64,000 nucleotides of DNA, taken from contig OZ024740.1 in the NCBI GenBank assembly GCA_964016885.1, forward strand, positions 60,078,001 to 60,142,000, given 5' to 3'. This DNA comes from Eledone cirrhosa (lineage: Eukaryota). The notes under the pieces are model-generated. The model made no database searches. It was not told the origin of the DNA and worked only from the letters and a program-made list of their open reading frames with translations. This document shows positions 26,636-40,412 of the stretch, piece after piece (the first letter of the stretch is position 1; each line of letters starts with the position of its first letter). Both the position numbers and the translations under genes were made by a program.

Positions 26636-27519
26636 TAATGTTATTGCTCAGTCCTGGCTTATCTCTGAGTAATTACTATGAGTCGGTTTTCTGGGAAACA
26701 ATATCTGCTCTCTACTTCTAACTGAATGTACATCAATCCAGCTCTTTTTTATACAGTTTTTATCCAAATACATATATAAATATTCTTCTTTGTAACTCAT
26801 AATATATCCTTAAATGAAAACGTAGACGTTTGCTTTCGTGGTAATAGGGAGACTTTCATTAATGGATAAGTAGTCAAATATATATCAAAGTATACGTCAA
26901 TACTCGTCCTTGTTCCATTCAGAGGTTTTAAAAAATCACCACTATCATGCTACTTTAGTCAAAATATGGCGTAAGCTTATATTTCTGCTTTATTTCAAAC
27001 TTCGCTCGCTGTTTCAAAATCAAACTTACTTTGTCTTTATATACTAAGTATAAATAAGTATGAAAATTATTTTAAAAAAGTGGAATTTAACAAACAAAAA
27101 TATCAGCTTAAAATAAGTCATTTTTGCGAGTCATATAGAGGATTGTGTGTTGAAGCACCAAAAACGATATTTTGCTAGAAATAACAGCCAAATATAACTG
27201 AAATCACGCCCTCATCGCCATCATCATAGTTGTTCCACATCACCATCTTCCTCCACCCATTGCAGCTTTCATAACCAACTGTAGTTCTGGGGTTGGTTAA
27301 TTTACCCTAACTGTTAGCAGGATCACATTCAACTGTCTTTAAAGAAGGACACACTGGATTATGTTGTCCTGGAAACGCTATTATCTAAAAATAATAGGAT
27401 GATCATGGCTGCAATGATTTGAACAAGGTCTATTTAATCAGAGCTCAAAGGAAGCCAAACAACTAGAATGATATGAAAAACAACATAAAACTATGAAGGC
27501 TAGCGAGTTCATGTATTTA

Positions 27520-27800
27520 CAATTGGTAGGGGTGTCATGTTGACATGGCGTTTCTTAGGGTATTTTAAAACCTGGCGGAGCCCATACCCTTTCATGAGTA
27601 CATCAGATTACTTCCAGAGAAGGATAGAGAGTGAGGGATATAGAGGAAGAATCGACCCCAGTGTTAGACTGGTTCTTTTTTTTTTGTCGACCTCAAATGG
27701 ATGAAAGGCAACGACATCGACAAGATTTGAACTGAGAGAGCCGGAACGGATACAGCAATGCATTCTAACTGACGTTCTAACCACTCTGCCAATTCGCCAT
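27520..27800 (-). mobile_element. SINE A long-tail variant
   Basis: Matches 50050-50370. Confidence 0.65.
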
Positions 27801-28571
27801 CTCTTTTAAATAGAGAAGATGTGTATGAGTACATTAAACCATATAAAATATCATCATTGGTTTCTACTAAGCTACAAATATATATCAAGGTGACTGTTTC
27901 CATATATTACTGAGAACTATTAATCGAACAATGAATTCTGTCGATGATATTTTGAAGAAATATTTAGACGAGTGTTGCAGTCAAAGATCTAAGTTGACGG
28001 CAAGTCGAGATTGATTTAAGAAAACAAACATTCGTTCTGTATTTCTCAGTCAACGCCAACAGTGCCAACGCTTTGCCGAGGAGTTCTAATAGACCAAAAC
28101 ATGTCCTGTGTTATCATACTTGCTAAAAGTTGGATTAATTTTTTCCCACACAGATATATATTTCCATTTTAACAGCACATTTCAGTTTTCATTTTAGATT
28201 TTGGAGAGTTGTCACTTTTTCCCATCTTGGGCAGGCGTAGGCATTAGTTTAATATTTATCTCTCCTAAACGCCAGAACATTGTTGATTTGTGAATATTTT
28301 CTTGGTGGCCACACTTGGTGTGTTAGTTAACTTTACTGAGAAAATTTTGGTGAGTTTACTTAGGAGTCGATTGCTAACACTTCGCTTAATTACGGTCTGT
28401 ACATCAGTTAAAGGACTTCAACAAAAGAGAAACACATCTTGAGTTGTCTTCCATATTTCCGATTTTGAAAAAATCTGTTTCATTCACTGCTTATCTGAAT
28501 ATACATTGGCTGTTTCAATGTTCTTTAATGTAAAAAAAGGGAAAATATATTTAATATATTTTTATGAATAT

Positions 28572-29135
28572 ATTGTTATACTTTGGGAGGGTCATGCTGC
28601 CAATAAAAACACACGTACCAGTTGAGTTTCACTTCAGATGGAGTAAAATAGAACACAGAGGAGACACAGAGTAACAAGATAATTATTGAGGAGCTCACAA
28701 GGTGTGTGACGAAAGAGCTTTGACAATTAAACAAACATTCCAGCAAAGTAAGAAATCTTACATATTTGTAGAGCTGAAATGGTAATGGTAGAAACAAAAC
28801 CTTGTGGTCGTTAATCTCAGACCTGTTAACTCTCCCCGTCCGACGGGAAGATCTCTCACCCACTTTGGGGTGGGTGAGAGATGTCTTCTCTTGTGAAAAT
28901 GGGTATAGCTTTCATTATGTAAAATCTCCCCCGTTTTGCCTCAAATTATCTCCGTTTGGGGGTACTTTTTTTCATGGTACATCCCGTTTGGGTTTTTAGA
29001 GGTTGGCAGGTCTGACATTCGGTAACTAAATTAACCGATTAATGGATTATTTACTTAACTATTAATAAACTGAAGTGAAACCCAACTGGTGTGTGTGATT
29101 TTAATGGCAGCATGACCCTCCAAAGTATAACAATA
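28572..29135. mobile_element. MITE with ~65-bp TIRs
   Basis: TATTGTTATACTTTGGGAGGGTCATGCTGCCA..TTTCACTTCAG inverted at ~29070-29136. Confidence 0.85.
28818..29014. mobile_element. Nested ~195-bp MITE (same family as 14360-14555)
   Basis: CAGACCTGTTAAC / GGTTGGCAGGTCTG ends. Confidence 0.75.
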
Positions 29136-29363
29136 TCTGTTTCAACACATGATTTCACATCAGGAATCTTTCAAAACAAATACAAAAATGATTACTAAAT
29201 ATAATTTCGCGTATTTCTTTATTTAATTCAGATTCCCTTCACCTATGACAATATTTTCCCAAAAAACAAACGTATATGACACAATATTTCAGTATTTCCT
29301 GTGCTTATGTGTGCTGATGCCATAGAAGTAGGACAACGAAAGATCCAATCTCTTACTCTAGAG

Positions 29364-29663
29364 CAGAGTTTCCCAACCGGTGTTCTTCAGAACCCTAGAG
29401 TTCCACAAGAGGTCGCTAGGGATTCCGTGAGGAACAGTGATAAATAAGTTATGCATTTTTGAGTACTTTTTGTTTAATTCTATATTGGTAAGTTTACAAT
29501 ATACGTACGGCATATTGTTGAAAAATCCTTGCACTACGAAAGAAATATAAAAGAGATGGATATTGATAACGGTATATAATAATTTTTATGAGGGGTGGGA
29601 GTTCCCTGAGACATGAAAACTGTTTCAAGGGTCCCACAAGGATAAAGATGTTGAGAAATGCTG
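29364..29663. mobile_element. hAT-Charlie-like MITE
   Basis: 8-bp TSD CTCTAGAG on both sides; TIR CAGAGTTTCCCAAC / GTTGAGAAATGCTG. Confidence 0.9.
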
Positions 29664-30007
29664 CTCTAGAGAAAGAACAACACCAATGTATGAAGATTAA
29701 CAGACAGCACAATTCAGTTAAGAGGGGTTAAAGGGCAGCACTACGTTGACACATCTATAGAAATGTGAAAGTTGTTAGGTTTAGTGAGTTGATTTAGTCC
29801 ATTAGAAGTAATGAAGATACTTTGAACTTTCTGAATTTAAGGCATGAACAGATTTGTGGCTGCATAATATTTTAGGCAGGGAAATGCAAGTAGCGAGCAT
29901 TAGAAAATATAATGCAAATTACCAGGGAACGATAAAAGAAAGAATGGAATTAAATAGCTGAAGTATGTTATATTAACCAATAACCACACATCCCTACCAA
30001 ACACACA

Positions 30008-30285
30008 TAAAGGGTAAAGACCCCTTCAGTCACGAATGGCCATGGGATTTCTTTAAGGCACAAGTCCGGGCAAGGTTGTTTGCATATCAGTCTTCTTTTT
30101 CCACGCCACAGATGTTGTCCAAGGGAAAGGCAAAGGCCGAGACAGCTTGGTGCAGCTGAGTGAACTGGAGTAATGTGAAATAAAGTGTCTTGCTCAAGAA
30201 CACAACGCAAAGCCCGGTCAGAGAATCAAACTCCCAACCTCACGATTGTAAACCCGCCGCTCTAACCACTAAGCCATACGCCTTC
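30008..30285 (-). mobile_element. CORE-type SINE with RTE-like tail
   Basis: AAGTGTCTTGCTCAAGAACACAACG CORE block; tRNA-like head near 30280. Confidence 0.65.
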
Positions 30286-31159
30286 ACTAAACACACATAC
30301 AAACATACATACATACACACACATGCACAAGTGCGTACACAAAGATACACACATCCGAAACATGCACACATCTACGAATGTGCGTGAGTATATATGTGTA
30401 TATATGTTTATATCTATATATGTGTATGGGTGTATGTTTGTGTGCATATATATGTGTGTACGTGTGCACGCAGATGCATGTGTACACACATGCACATACA
30501 CACTCACACTTCTACCAACAACACACTTAATATCCGAACACGCACACACGCAGCATAATATGCACTCCACCTACACACAACCACCAATTACACGTCTGCA
30601 CCCATCACCTCGAGCCCCACCCCTGCTCGCCAGATCACTCCTCTAACCATCATAACTCCTCCTCCTCCTCCTCCTCCTCCTCTCCTTTTTATTTTCAGAT
30701 TTATATTGTATTTCCTTTGCGTTTTTCCTTTTTTATTCTGTCTTTACACCTTTTATTCTACTCTCCGAAATCTGTTATTCCTGATGAAGGGCTAATGCCC
30801 GACACGTGTACTGTTTAACTCTCTTTGTTTTGTTTTAAGCGTGAAACTAATAATACTTTATGTTAATACATTCTCTTGTTTGGTTGTTCCTTGTATTACA
30901 CACACACACATATTTGTTTAACCTGTTTAGCTTGCTTCGGTTTTTTTTTGGGGGGGGGGGGGGGCTCCGGTGGCTGATAGCTTCATGACCGCCGTTTGTA
31001 TGGCCTCTATAACGTATGTTAATTGCTCTGGTCTTATTTCACTCCATTGAGCGCTTGCCGCATATCTCGGAAATTGCGTTTCGCTTTGTTTTTGAACACA
31101 GCCGAAATACGATCTCGCTGAAATTATATTTGTATATATATATATATATATACATACAT

Positions 31160-32226
<1,067 letters not shown>

Positions 32227-32228
32227 AA

Positions 32229-32382
32229 TCAGGATGGATTCAGTTTGAAACTGGTTAGACTATTACTCACCACAGTACTCGATACTTGGGGTAAAAGAGT
32301 ATTGTTATATTATAAATAGTCCGAACCAGTCTGGAACTAACTGTTGAAACATCAAGAGCTCAGCCGCCAAGGTCCCGACAAT

Positions 32383-32386
<4 letters not shown>
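32229..32386. mobile_element. Penelope-like pLTR relic in (TA)n, related to 20682-20886
   Basis: GTACTCGATAC motif; CAGTCTGGAACTAACTGTTGAAACATCAAGAGCTCAGC resembles 20825-20862. Confidence 0.5.
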
Positions 32387-32445
<59 letters not shown>

Positions 32446-32552
32446 ATAATAATAAAATTGAAGACTAAAATCCAAAGAGGGCTCGATAAGGATAAATATA
32501 TATCAAATATATAAGAACCGTAGAGCAAATATTTATTAAAATAACAGATTAA

Positions 32553-32603
32553 AGTTTAAGCAAAGAATCGCTGCTTTCACCCTTAACGGGATCTTCTGAA
32601 ACT
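32553..32603 (-). ncRNA. Variant hammerhead ribozyme in inverted pLTR
   Basis: Reverse complement of 34934-34984. Confidence 0.55.
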
Positions 32604-32697
32604 AACAAAGTCAATCTGTTAACGCAGAACTGGATATTTCAAAAAACCTTGCAACCGGAGGAAGACAGGAAGACGATACTTTGGTTCGTGGAAACGT

Positions 32698-34011
32698 CCG
32701 AAAGTCGGTGATTAATTTCGACGACTCTATTTGGATAAAAAAATCCAATAGTACTCCATTCGACGTGAGTATGGGCGCCAGTGACTCTGCGGAGGTTACT
32801 GATCTTATTGGCCTTTTCCTTCTTTTCTCTATCAAGGACGAATTCCCCAACGCGAGCGGTGGTTTGTACCGTGACGATGGTCTTTTGACCATGACTAAGT
32901 GCGGACCTCGTGCTTGCGACAGGTTCAGAAAAGAACTCACAGCCTTCTTTAAAGGCTTCAACCTCTCTATACAGGTTGAGGCCAATCTCTCGGTCGTTAA
33001 TTACCTCGACGTTACCCTCAATTTATTGAATGGGTTGTATTACCCGTTAATTACCTCGACGTTACCCTCAATTTATTGAATGGGTTGTATTACCCGTATA
33101 GAAAGCCGAATGATACGCTTAATTACATAAGTAAGCATTCCAACTATCCTGCCAGCATAACCAAGAACCTGGTAAGAAACGTTTCGTTGAGGCTTTCCCG
33201 TCTTTCCACCAACGAGCGTATTTTCAACGACCATTCCACTTATTACAATGAAGCTCTTGCTCGAAGTGGATTTGTCGATAAGGTAGCACATACAGAGTAC
33301 GAAAATAGACCTAGAAGAAATAGATCTCGTCACATTTGTTGGTATAACCCACCATATAATATGGAGGTGGCCACACCATTAGCTAAGATCTTTCTTTCCC
33401 TTATTACGAAACATTTTCCCCCTACACATAAATATAGTAAAATTTTTAATAGAAATACTATTAAAATTTCTTACTCTACGTCTCCTAACCTTGCACATAA
33501 CATCACAGCTTCAAATTTAGCTAAACTACCTAGCCGTAGGAACACGTGCAACCCTGTAGTTAGTACTAACTGTAATTGTAGGAATCGGGCTGATTGCCCC
33601 CTATCCGGGAAATGCCTCTCTAGTAACATTGTCTACAAATGTAAGGTTGTAACACCCACGTCCCGTAGGGCCTACATAGGGTTAACCGCCAATAGTTTCA
33701 AGCAGCGTCTTTACATGCATACCCATTCTTTTCGTTACCCTCTAAGAAGGAATATGACGTCACTTTCAGCTTATATCTGGATTCTAAAAGACAACCACAC
33801 CCAATATAAGTTACACTGGGAGATCCTAGCTAGAGCTAGATCGTATAACGGAAATAAAAGACCATGTGACCTCTGCGCCGCTGAGGCCCTGGAAATACTC
33901 TACGCCGCAGACCACATCTTAAACAAAAAATCTGAGGCAATTTCGGCTTGTAAACATAAATTGCACAAAACTTTCCTGTATTACAGCCCCACGTTATACC
34001 CTAACGGATAG
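32698..34011 (+). pseudogene. PLE reverse transcriptase plus GIY-YIG endonuclease, frameshifted by a 50-bp tandem duplication (32996-33095)
   Basis: FDVSMGASDSAE, LYRDDGL, NYLDVTL, WYNPPY, CNC..CPLSGKC, NIVY..YIG, CDLC, CKH. Confidence 0.92.
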
Positions 34012-34933
34012 TACGATCTATACGTGGATATTTTACGTCTTGATGTGGGAGCTAAGTATATGTTTTGTTTATTCCTTTACTTATTTGCATAGGTAAGTAT
34101 ATACTACCCGTATGTTTTGTGAAGGTACGTATACCTTCTCGTACGTATATTTGATTGCTATGGCGTATAATTTTATATATTCTGGTACATAGGGTTTGGC
34201 TATGTGTATACGGGAGTTTTTGCGTCTGTGTGATTATGTAGGTTCGTACGTATGGTGGGTGTGTGTATATGTGTACTTCTTGTTTTATTTGACTTACGTC
34301 TCCGAACATTTGTGTATTTATATGTGGGTATGTGTGTGCGCTTGTTATATACGTATTTATTTATTTATATACGTTTATATAATTATTTATTTATTTGTAT
34401 ACACGCATACACACACACATATATTTATATGTGCGTGGTTTTGTATACCTATGGTAATGTTTTGCATATGCTTGTGTATGTACGGTTTTGTTTGCGTGTA
34501 TGTATTTATTTATTACTTCTGTATTGTATTTATTTACTTTGTTCTTAACTCTGTAGCGGAGATTCATTTGGTCTCCTAGTTAGAATTTTAGTCTACGACT
34601 TCTGCTATACCATTTACGTGGTTTTGTCTTTGCGTGCTATTGTTCTCCACGCTCCACATATGACGTATTATCTTCGTTTTTTCGTTCATTGCCAGAGAAC
34701 GTCTCTATGAACCACCTAAGAGAACATTAGTCTACGACCTCTTTTATACCATAAACGTGGTTCTGTCTTTGCGCGTAAATGTTTTTCACCGCTCCTATTA
34801 ATGACGTATTATTCGTTTTTTCCCGTTCTTCGCCAGCGAACGTTTCCACGAATCAAAGTATCGTCTTCCTGTCTTCCTCCGGTTGCAACGTCTTTTGAAA
34901 TATCCAGTTCTGCGTTTACAGATTGACTTTGTT

Positions 34934-34984
34934 AGTTTCAGAAGATCCCGTTAAGGGTGAAAGCAGCGATTCTTTGCTTAAACT
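34934..34984 (+). ncRNA. Variant type I hammerhead ribozyme (Naiad A pLTR)
   Basis: Stem I AGTTT/AAACT; core CAGAAGA; stem II (T)CCC-GTTAA-GGG(T); GAAA; stem III AGCA/TGCT; H17=U. Confidence 0.6.
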
Positions 34985-34995
34985 TTAATCTGTTA

Positions 34996-35056
<61 letters not shown>

Positions 35057-35079
35057 TATTTATTAAAATAACAGATTAA

Positions 35080-35130
35080 AGTTTAAGCAAAAAATCGGTG
35101 CTTTCACCCTTAACGGGATCTCCTGAAACT
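35080..35130 (-). ncRNA. Mutated hammerhead copy in a small internal pLTR inversion
   Basis: Core CAGGAGA (A6 to G). Confidence 0.4.
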
Positions 35131-35235
35131 CCTGAAATAATAAATATTTGATATATATATATCCTTATCGAGCCCTCTTTGCATTTTAGTCTTCAAATTT
35201 ATTATTATTACTATATATATAGTGTATATATATAC

Positions 35236-35315
<80 letters not shown>

Positions 35316-36055
35316 TGTATATATATCTATCTTAAGTATATATGATTCACTGAGTACAGTGTGTGTGTGTGTGGATATGCGTATTCTTATCAAAGACCTT
35401 TGAAATAAACTTTTTGAAGGGCTTTTCCAAGCACTCTTTTAAAGACGTTCTTTTTATATGGTTTTTCTTTTTAAAATGTCGGTTTTTTAAGGTATTCTGA
35501 GGGTGTGTTTTTATGAAACGTCTTTTTAAATGTTTTTTTTATGTTTTTTTAAATGTTTTTTTAATGTTTTTTAAATGGTTTTTCTTTCTAAGTATTCGCT
35601 ACACATTTAATATTTAATATTTACTGTGATTGTCGCATATAAGACAGTTGCAGGTGTGTATCGGATTGGTGTGGGTGTATAAATGCCCATACCTAACACG
35701 CCTGCGCGATACATGGACATGGGTGTGGGAGCCTACAGGCCGGCAGGGCTGCGACAAGACGCGACCGGTTCAATCATACAACCCCTTACCCTCTACAATA
35801 GTAATTCCGATATAAGAAACAACTTTGATTGACAGGTGGCAATTGAAAGGAACCAAATATACGACGGCCGTGAGTGGCCAAAAATACCGATGACGTGTAC
35901 AATTCTTGACCACTCAGAATGAAAACAACAGGATCTAAGCGGCCGCGGGTGTAACTGGAGATTTGGAAACTCTGCTTCGTAGAATCGATTTCAGAGTCAG
36001 GTTTGATCATTGCATCGATCGTGTCTCGAACTGGTCGCCAGAGAAACGACTGTAA

Positions 36056-38855
36056 TCTATATATATATAACAGAAGATGTCTGTCTGTTTGTGTAACCGC
36101 ATGCATTTCTACATTTTACAACCGATTTGCACCAAATTTCATACATAGGTTTCTGAAGTCCTATTACGCGTCGTAGGCTATTTTATTTTTCTGTACATCG
36201 ATTGTGGGGGCCCCCAGAGGCAGGTAGCCCGCTTAAGCCTCTCCCTTCGACTTATCTATTGAAGTTCACATTAACACTGTATTAGTACCTGATAACTACT
36301 TTTGAAGTTTACGTTCGATCTTCGTTTTCACTTTCAAAACAACAATCATTGTCGGATGAAATTTCAGAAATGTAAACATGATTCATTTGAAGATAAATCA
36401 CTAATATTATCTTTTGTTTCTTGTTCATTTTGAATGTCGTCGTGTGTAAAAACTTGAAAGTCGGTATCGCTACTTTCATAAGCCATGTTGATACAAACAA
36501 AAAATCTGTTCTACTTTCAATGTTAAAAAACACATGTTGTTTTCTCGGTAAGGGCCTAATCTCGCAGTAATCTCGAATTGACGAGATTTTAATGACGGTA
36601 TTGTTTATTTTTAGGACGATATTTAAGTGTGGGTGTTACGGCGATTTGGAGCGGTTTGAACAAATAAAGGGGAAATAATTTCGGCCGGTTTGAACACTAA
36701 AGGGTTAAAGTAGGTTTAGTTAATGTGTTTATGGTCATAAGGTTCCAGTTTATCATGATGTGATTTTTTCGGCCAATTTTGCCTTTCAATGGTTAGTACT
36801 TACTTTGCGTTGCCCCTAACTTAAAACCTGAAATTTGACTGGTACACAAAATCTTGCAAAACATACCCACTTCTCAGACCACATAGATTTATCCCATTTT
36901 TTCACAATTTATATCCGTGTTTTTTTGCTTACTTAAACGTTATTTGTCCACTATTTATCGTTCTCCCTGGTTAATTTTCTAAAAACAATGCCCCCCCCCC
37001 TCCCCCAAGAAAAGAACTCTCATTGGTCGATTATCTAATGATGCAAGTAGGTCTAAGCGAAGGCGTCTCACCGAAGATGTAAATGCAACTGCGATCAGGC
37101 TCCCACAGAATGCTGTGCAGACGGCAGCTGCAAGAGCGGAGGAGGATGACAGTCGGCGTGAACTTCGACGGAACAAAGGTGCTGTCGCAACTGCTGCTGC
37201 TCGCGCACGAGAGGATGAAGGACGACGTGCCGTTCGACGTAGCAGGGACGCCGCTGCAACATTCGCTGCTCGCGCACGAGAGGATGAAGGACGACGCGCC
37301 GTTCGGCGAAGCAGGGACGCCACTGCTGCTGCACGAAATACTGAAACTATAGAGCAACGACGTGACCGACTTCTGCAAAGTGAACAGCGGTGATCATCGT
37401 TACATGGAATTTCTAGGACTTGCAATTCACGATGGTTATTGAAGGCCTTTAACTACGACCCCTCCTCCGACTACGCCGTCTATGCAGATATTCAAATTGG
37501 TGAAATGACCTCTACTTGCCAGTTTTGTCGTACGAGTGGCCAGGGGAGAGAGATGGAATGTGCTGTTCAAACGGTAAAGTTAGACTACCTCCTATTCACG
37601 ACCCTCCAGAGACATTGCAACTCCTTTTGACAGACACGACTGGGGAATCATCGAAGTTTCTGCGTAATATCCGCCGCTACAATTCCGCGTTTCAGATGAC
37701 ATCCTTCGGAGCAAAGCTTGCCGCGGAACGTGGGTTCATGCCAAGTTTCAAGGTCCAGGGGCAGATCTACCACTTGATTGGTTCTATTCAGCCGCTGGAA
37801 GAAAAGGATCCTCAATTTCTTCAGTTATACTTCGTTGGAAACTATCAGGAGCAAGCAGAGATGCGAAACTCTATTTCGTCCGAAACTAACATTGGAACCA
37901 TAATAAAACTTCAAGAAATGCTTCACGACAAAAACAGCTATGTTCGCAGTTTCAAGTACGCTTTGGAATCAGCCACCGACCAAAACTTTAGTGCGGTCAT
38001 ACATGCTGACCGAAGGCCATCTGGAGAACACGCTGGTCGGTTCAACGCACCAACATGTAATGAGATTGCTGCGGTTATTTCTGGTGAACAGCGCAACAAG
38101 AGAGATATCATTCTAAAGCACCGAGACAGCACATTACAGCGTATCAATTAGACACACAGGCCCTACGATGCACTCCAGTATCCATTGCTATTTGTCAACG
38201 GCGAGGACAGATACCATTTCGGCATTCCTCAACATTCGGCAGGCAATGGTGAAGCACATCTTAGGAAAACTGTCACCTGCATGGATTTCTACGCTTTCCG
38301 ATTATGGTAAGGGACAATTCATTCAACCATCTACACCGTTCTCGGGACCTTTTCCAACGATTTGCTGTTGATATGGCCGTTAAAATGGAGTCCGAGAGAT
38401 TATGGTTCATTAAATTAAATCAAAAGAAACTTCGATCTGAATGCTACATTCATCTACGCTTTTGAAAATACCACGTACGCCTCTGAGGTTGCTTTTGCTA
38501 TACGTTATAAATGTTCAATGTCTCCGTTTTCCGCATTTATATGTTGCTATTACGCTTTGCTATCGATGTTCAGTAGTTTTAACCTAATTAATCTACTTTT
38601 CCCTACATCTTATTTACACATTTTTTTTTGACATTCCAGCGTGATCTTGCAAAGGCCGTTTTTGTGGCCACCGACTGTTACATGGTTTTCTAGGTTACAA
38701 TCTCAAATAACAAGCAAAGCAAATTCGACACACCAAAGTAGTGTGAAGGACTTCTTAAGGGCCACCACCTATAAATTGTTACTTCTATAGTCGTGTTTAA
38801 CGGAAGTCTTTCGGTTCATTTGAACGACTACTCCATTGAGAGTTATACCGGGCAA
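36056..38855 (+). mobile_element. Degenerate Helitron (5' end plus N-terminal Rep region)
   Basis: A|TC 5' end TCTATATATATATAA..TGTCTGTCTG; Arg/Ala repeats; AFNYDP, CCSNGKV, FLRNIRRYNSAFQMTSFG, FKVQGQIYH; probable 3' hairpin ACCGGGCAA cut by a SINE. Confidence 0.88.
36988..38460 (+). pseudogene. Helitron RepHel N-terminal part with multiple frameshifts and stops
   Basis: Track ORFs at 37115, 37439 and 37516 join across frames; ATG at 36988 followed by a C10 run that shifts the frame. Confidence 0.85.
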
Positions 38856-39047
38856 TAATAATTGTTTCTAGTTTAGGCACAAGGCCAGCAATTACCCAGT
38901 GCATTACTGGTACTTTATTTTATCGACCCCGTAAGGATGAAAGGCAAAGTCAACCTCGGTGGGATTTGAACTCAGATCGTAAAGGGACGTAACTATGCTG
39001 GAAAGCATGGCGTCCGACCCTCTACCGATACTGCCAATCCACCATCC
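38855..39047 (-). mobile_element. SINE A
   Basis: Near-consensus reverse copy. Confidence 0.9.
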
Positions 39048-39082
<35 letters not shown>

Positions 39083-39104
39083 GTAATAATAATAATAGTA
39101 ATAA
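39048..39104. repeat. (AAT)n
   Basis: Direct. Confidence 0.95.
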
Positions 39105-39602
39105 TGTTTTCTTTATTAACCACAAGGGTTCACATAAAGTAGACATTAAGGACAGTACAGGACAATACAGGACGGTACAAATGGGCATTTCTGCGTGTAA
39201 AAAAAACGGAGGTTGAAATAAAATAACAAAGAAAAATTCCCCAATAGGGGGGAGACTTCCGAGGGACATTTGTGGAGAAAGCCCATTAAAAGACCAAAGT
39301 GGCCCTGACCACCAGGGCAAGTGCCCTCTCCCAGTTTTCCACCTTTAATTTACAGACACATACTCAGAGAAGGCCCATTCATTCGGGCCATACTTGCTTC
39401 TCTCACCCATCTTTCAACAAAATGCTGGGAAGAGAGCACTTCCCTCTCTACCCTGATTTTCCTTTTCAAATGAAATTTGAAAAAGTTAATCAGGGCATCA
39501 CCGAAGAGGTAAGTGCTCGTCTTCAGCCCTTTCAAACGTGTCCACCATACTATCTCTTTCGCCATGGCCACCAGACAGATAAAAACTGCCTGCCCTTCCC
39601 GG
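39105..39602 (-). mobile_element. Tx1/L1-like 3' end
   Basis: AMAKEIVWWTRLKG..LINFFKFHLKRKIRVERE..ERWV C-terminus, 3' UTR and AATAAA-like end. Confidence 0.65.
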
Positions 39603-40412
39603 CGTCATTAATAGGAGCGGTGAAAAACATTTACACGCAAAGACAGGACCACGTTTATGGTATAAAAGAAGTCGTAGGCTAATGTTCTCTTAGGTGGTTC
39701 ATAGAGACGTTCTCTGGTAATGAACGGAAAAAAACGAAGATAATACGTCATATGTGGGCGTGGAGAACAATTGCACGCAAAGACAAAACCACGTAAATGG
39801 TATAGCTGAAGTCGTAGACTAAAATTCTAATTAAGAAACCGAATGATTCTCCGCTTTAGAGCTAAGAATAAAGTAAATAAAATACAATACAGAGGTAATT
39901 GAAATGAAATAAATACATACACGCGTCCAGTACGTACATACACAAGCATACGCGAAAACACTCGCCATAGGTATACTAAACCACGCACATATAAATATGT
40001 GTGTGTGTGTGTGCGTGTATACAAATAAATAAATAATTAAATAAACGTATATAAATAAATAAATACGTATATAACAAGCGCACACATATACCTACATGTA
40101 AATACACAAATGTTCGGAGACATACGTCAACCAAAACATGAAGTACACATATACACACACCGAACATACGTACGTACCGGCATACTCACACAGACGCAAA
40201 ACTCCCGTATACACATAACCAAAAGCTATGTACCAGAATATATAAAACTATACGCCATAACATATACAATCAAATATACGTGCGAGAAAGTATACGTACC
40301 TTCACAAAACATACAGGCAATATATACTTACCTATGCAAATAAGTAATGATATAAACATAACATATACTTAGCTACCACATCAAGACGTAAAATATCCAC
40401 GTATAGTTCGTA

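Larger units (their letters stand above)
32443..35211 (+). mobile_element. Naiad-type Penelope-like element, family A, copy 1 (5'-truncated, inverted 5' pLTR)
   Basis: Inverted pLTR at 32443-32697 mirrors 34839-35001; RT-GIY-YIG ORF; (TA)n flanks. Confidence 0.9.

Noticed and set aside
33560-34060. Selenocysteine recoding or SECIS in the Naiad elements
   Set aside because: The conserved Cys codons I checked are TGT/TGC in both families; the in-frame stops seen are TAG; no convincing SECIS was visible after the stop
35750-36055. Gene fragment captured by the Helitron
   Set aside because: Lies outside the Helitron 5' TC end; more likely an unidentified LINE remnant
36979-37425. Antisense Arg/Ser-rich ORFs
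   Set aside because: Shadow frames of the Helitron N-terminal repeats
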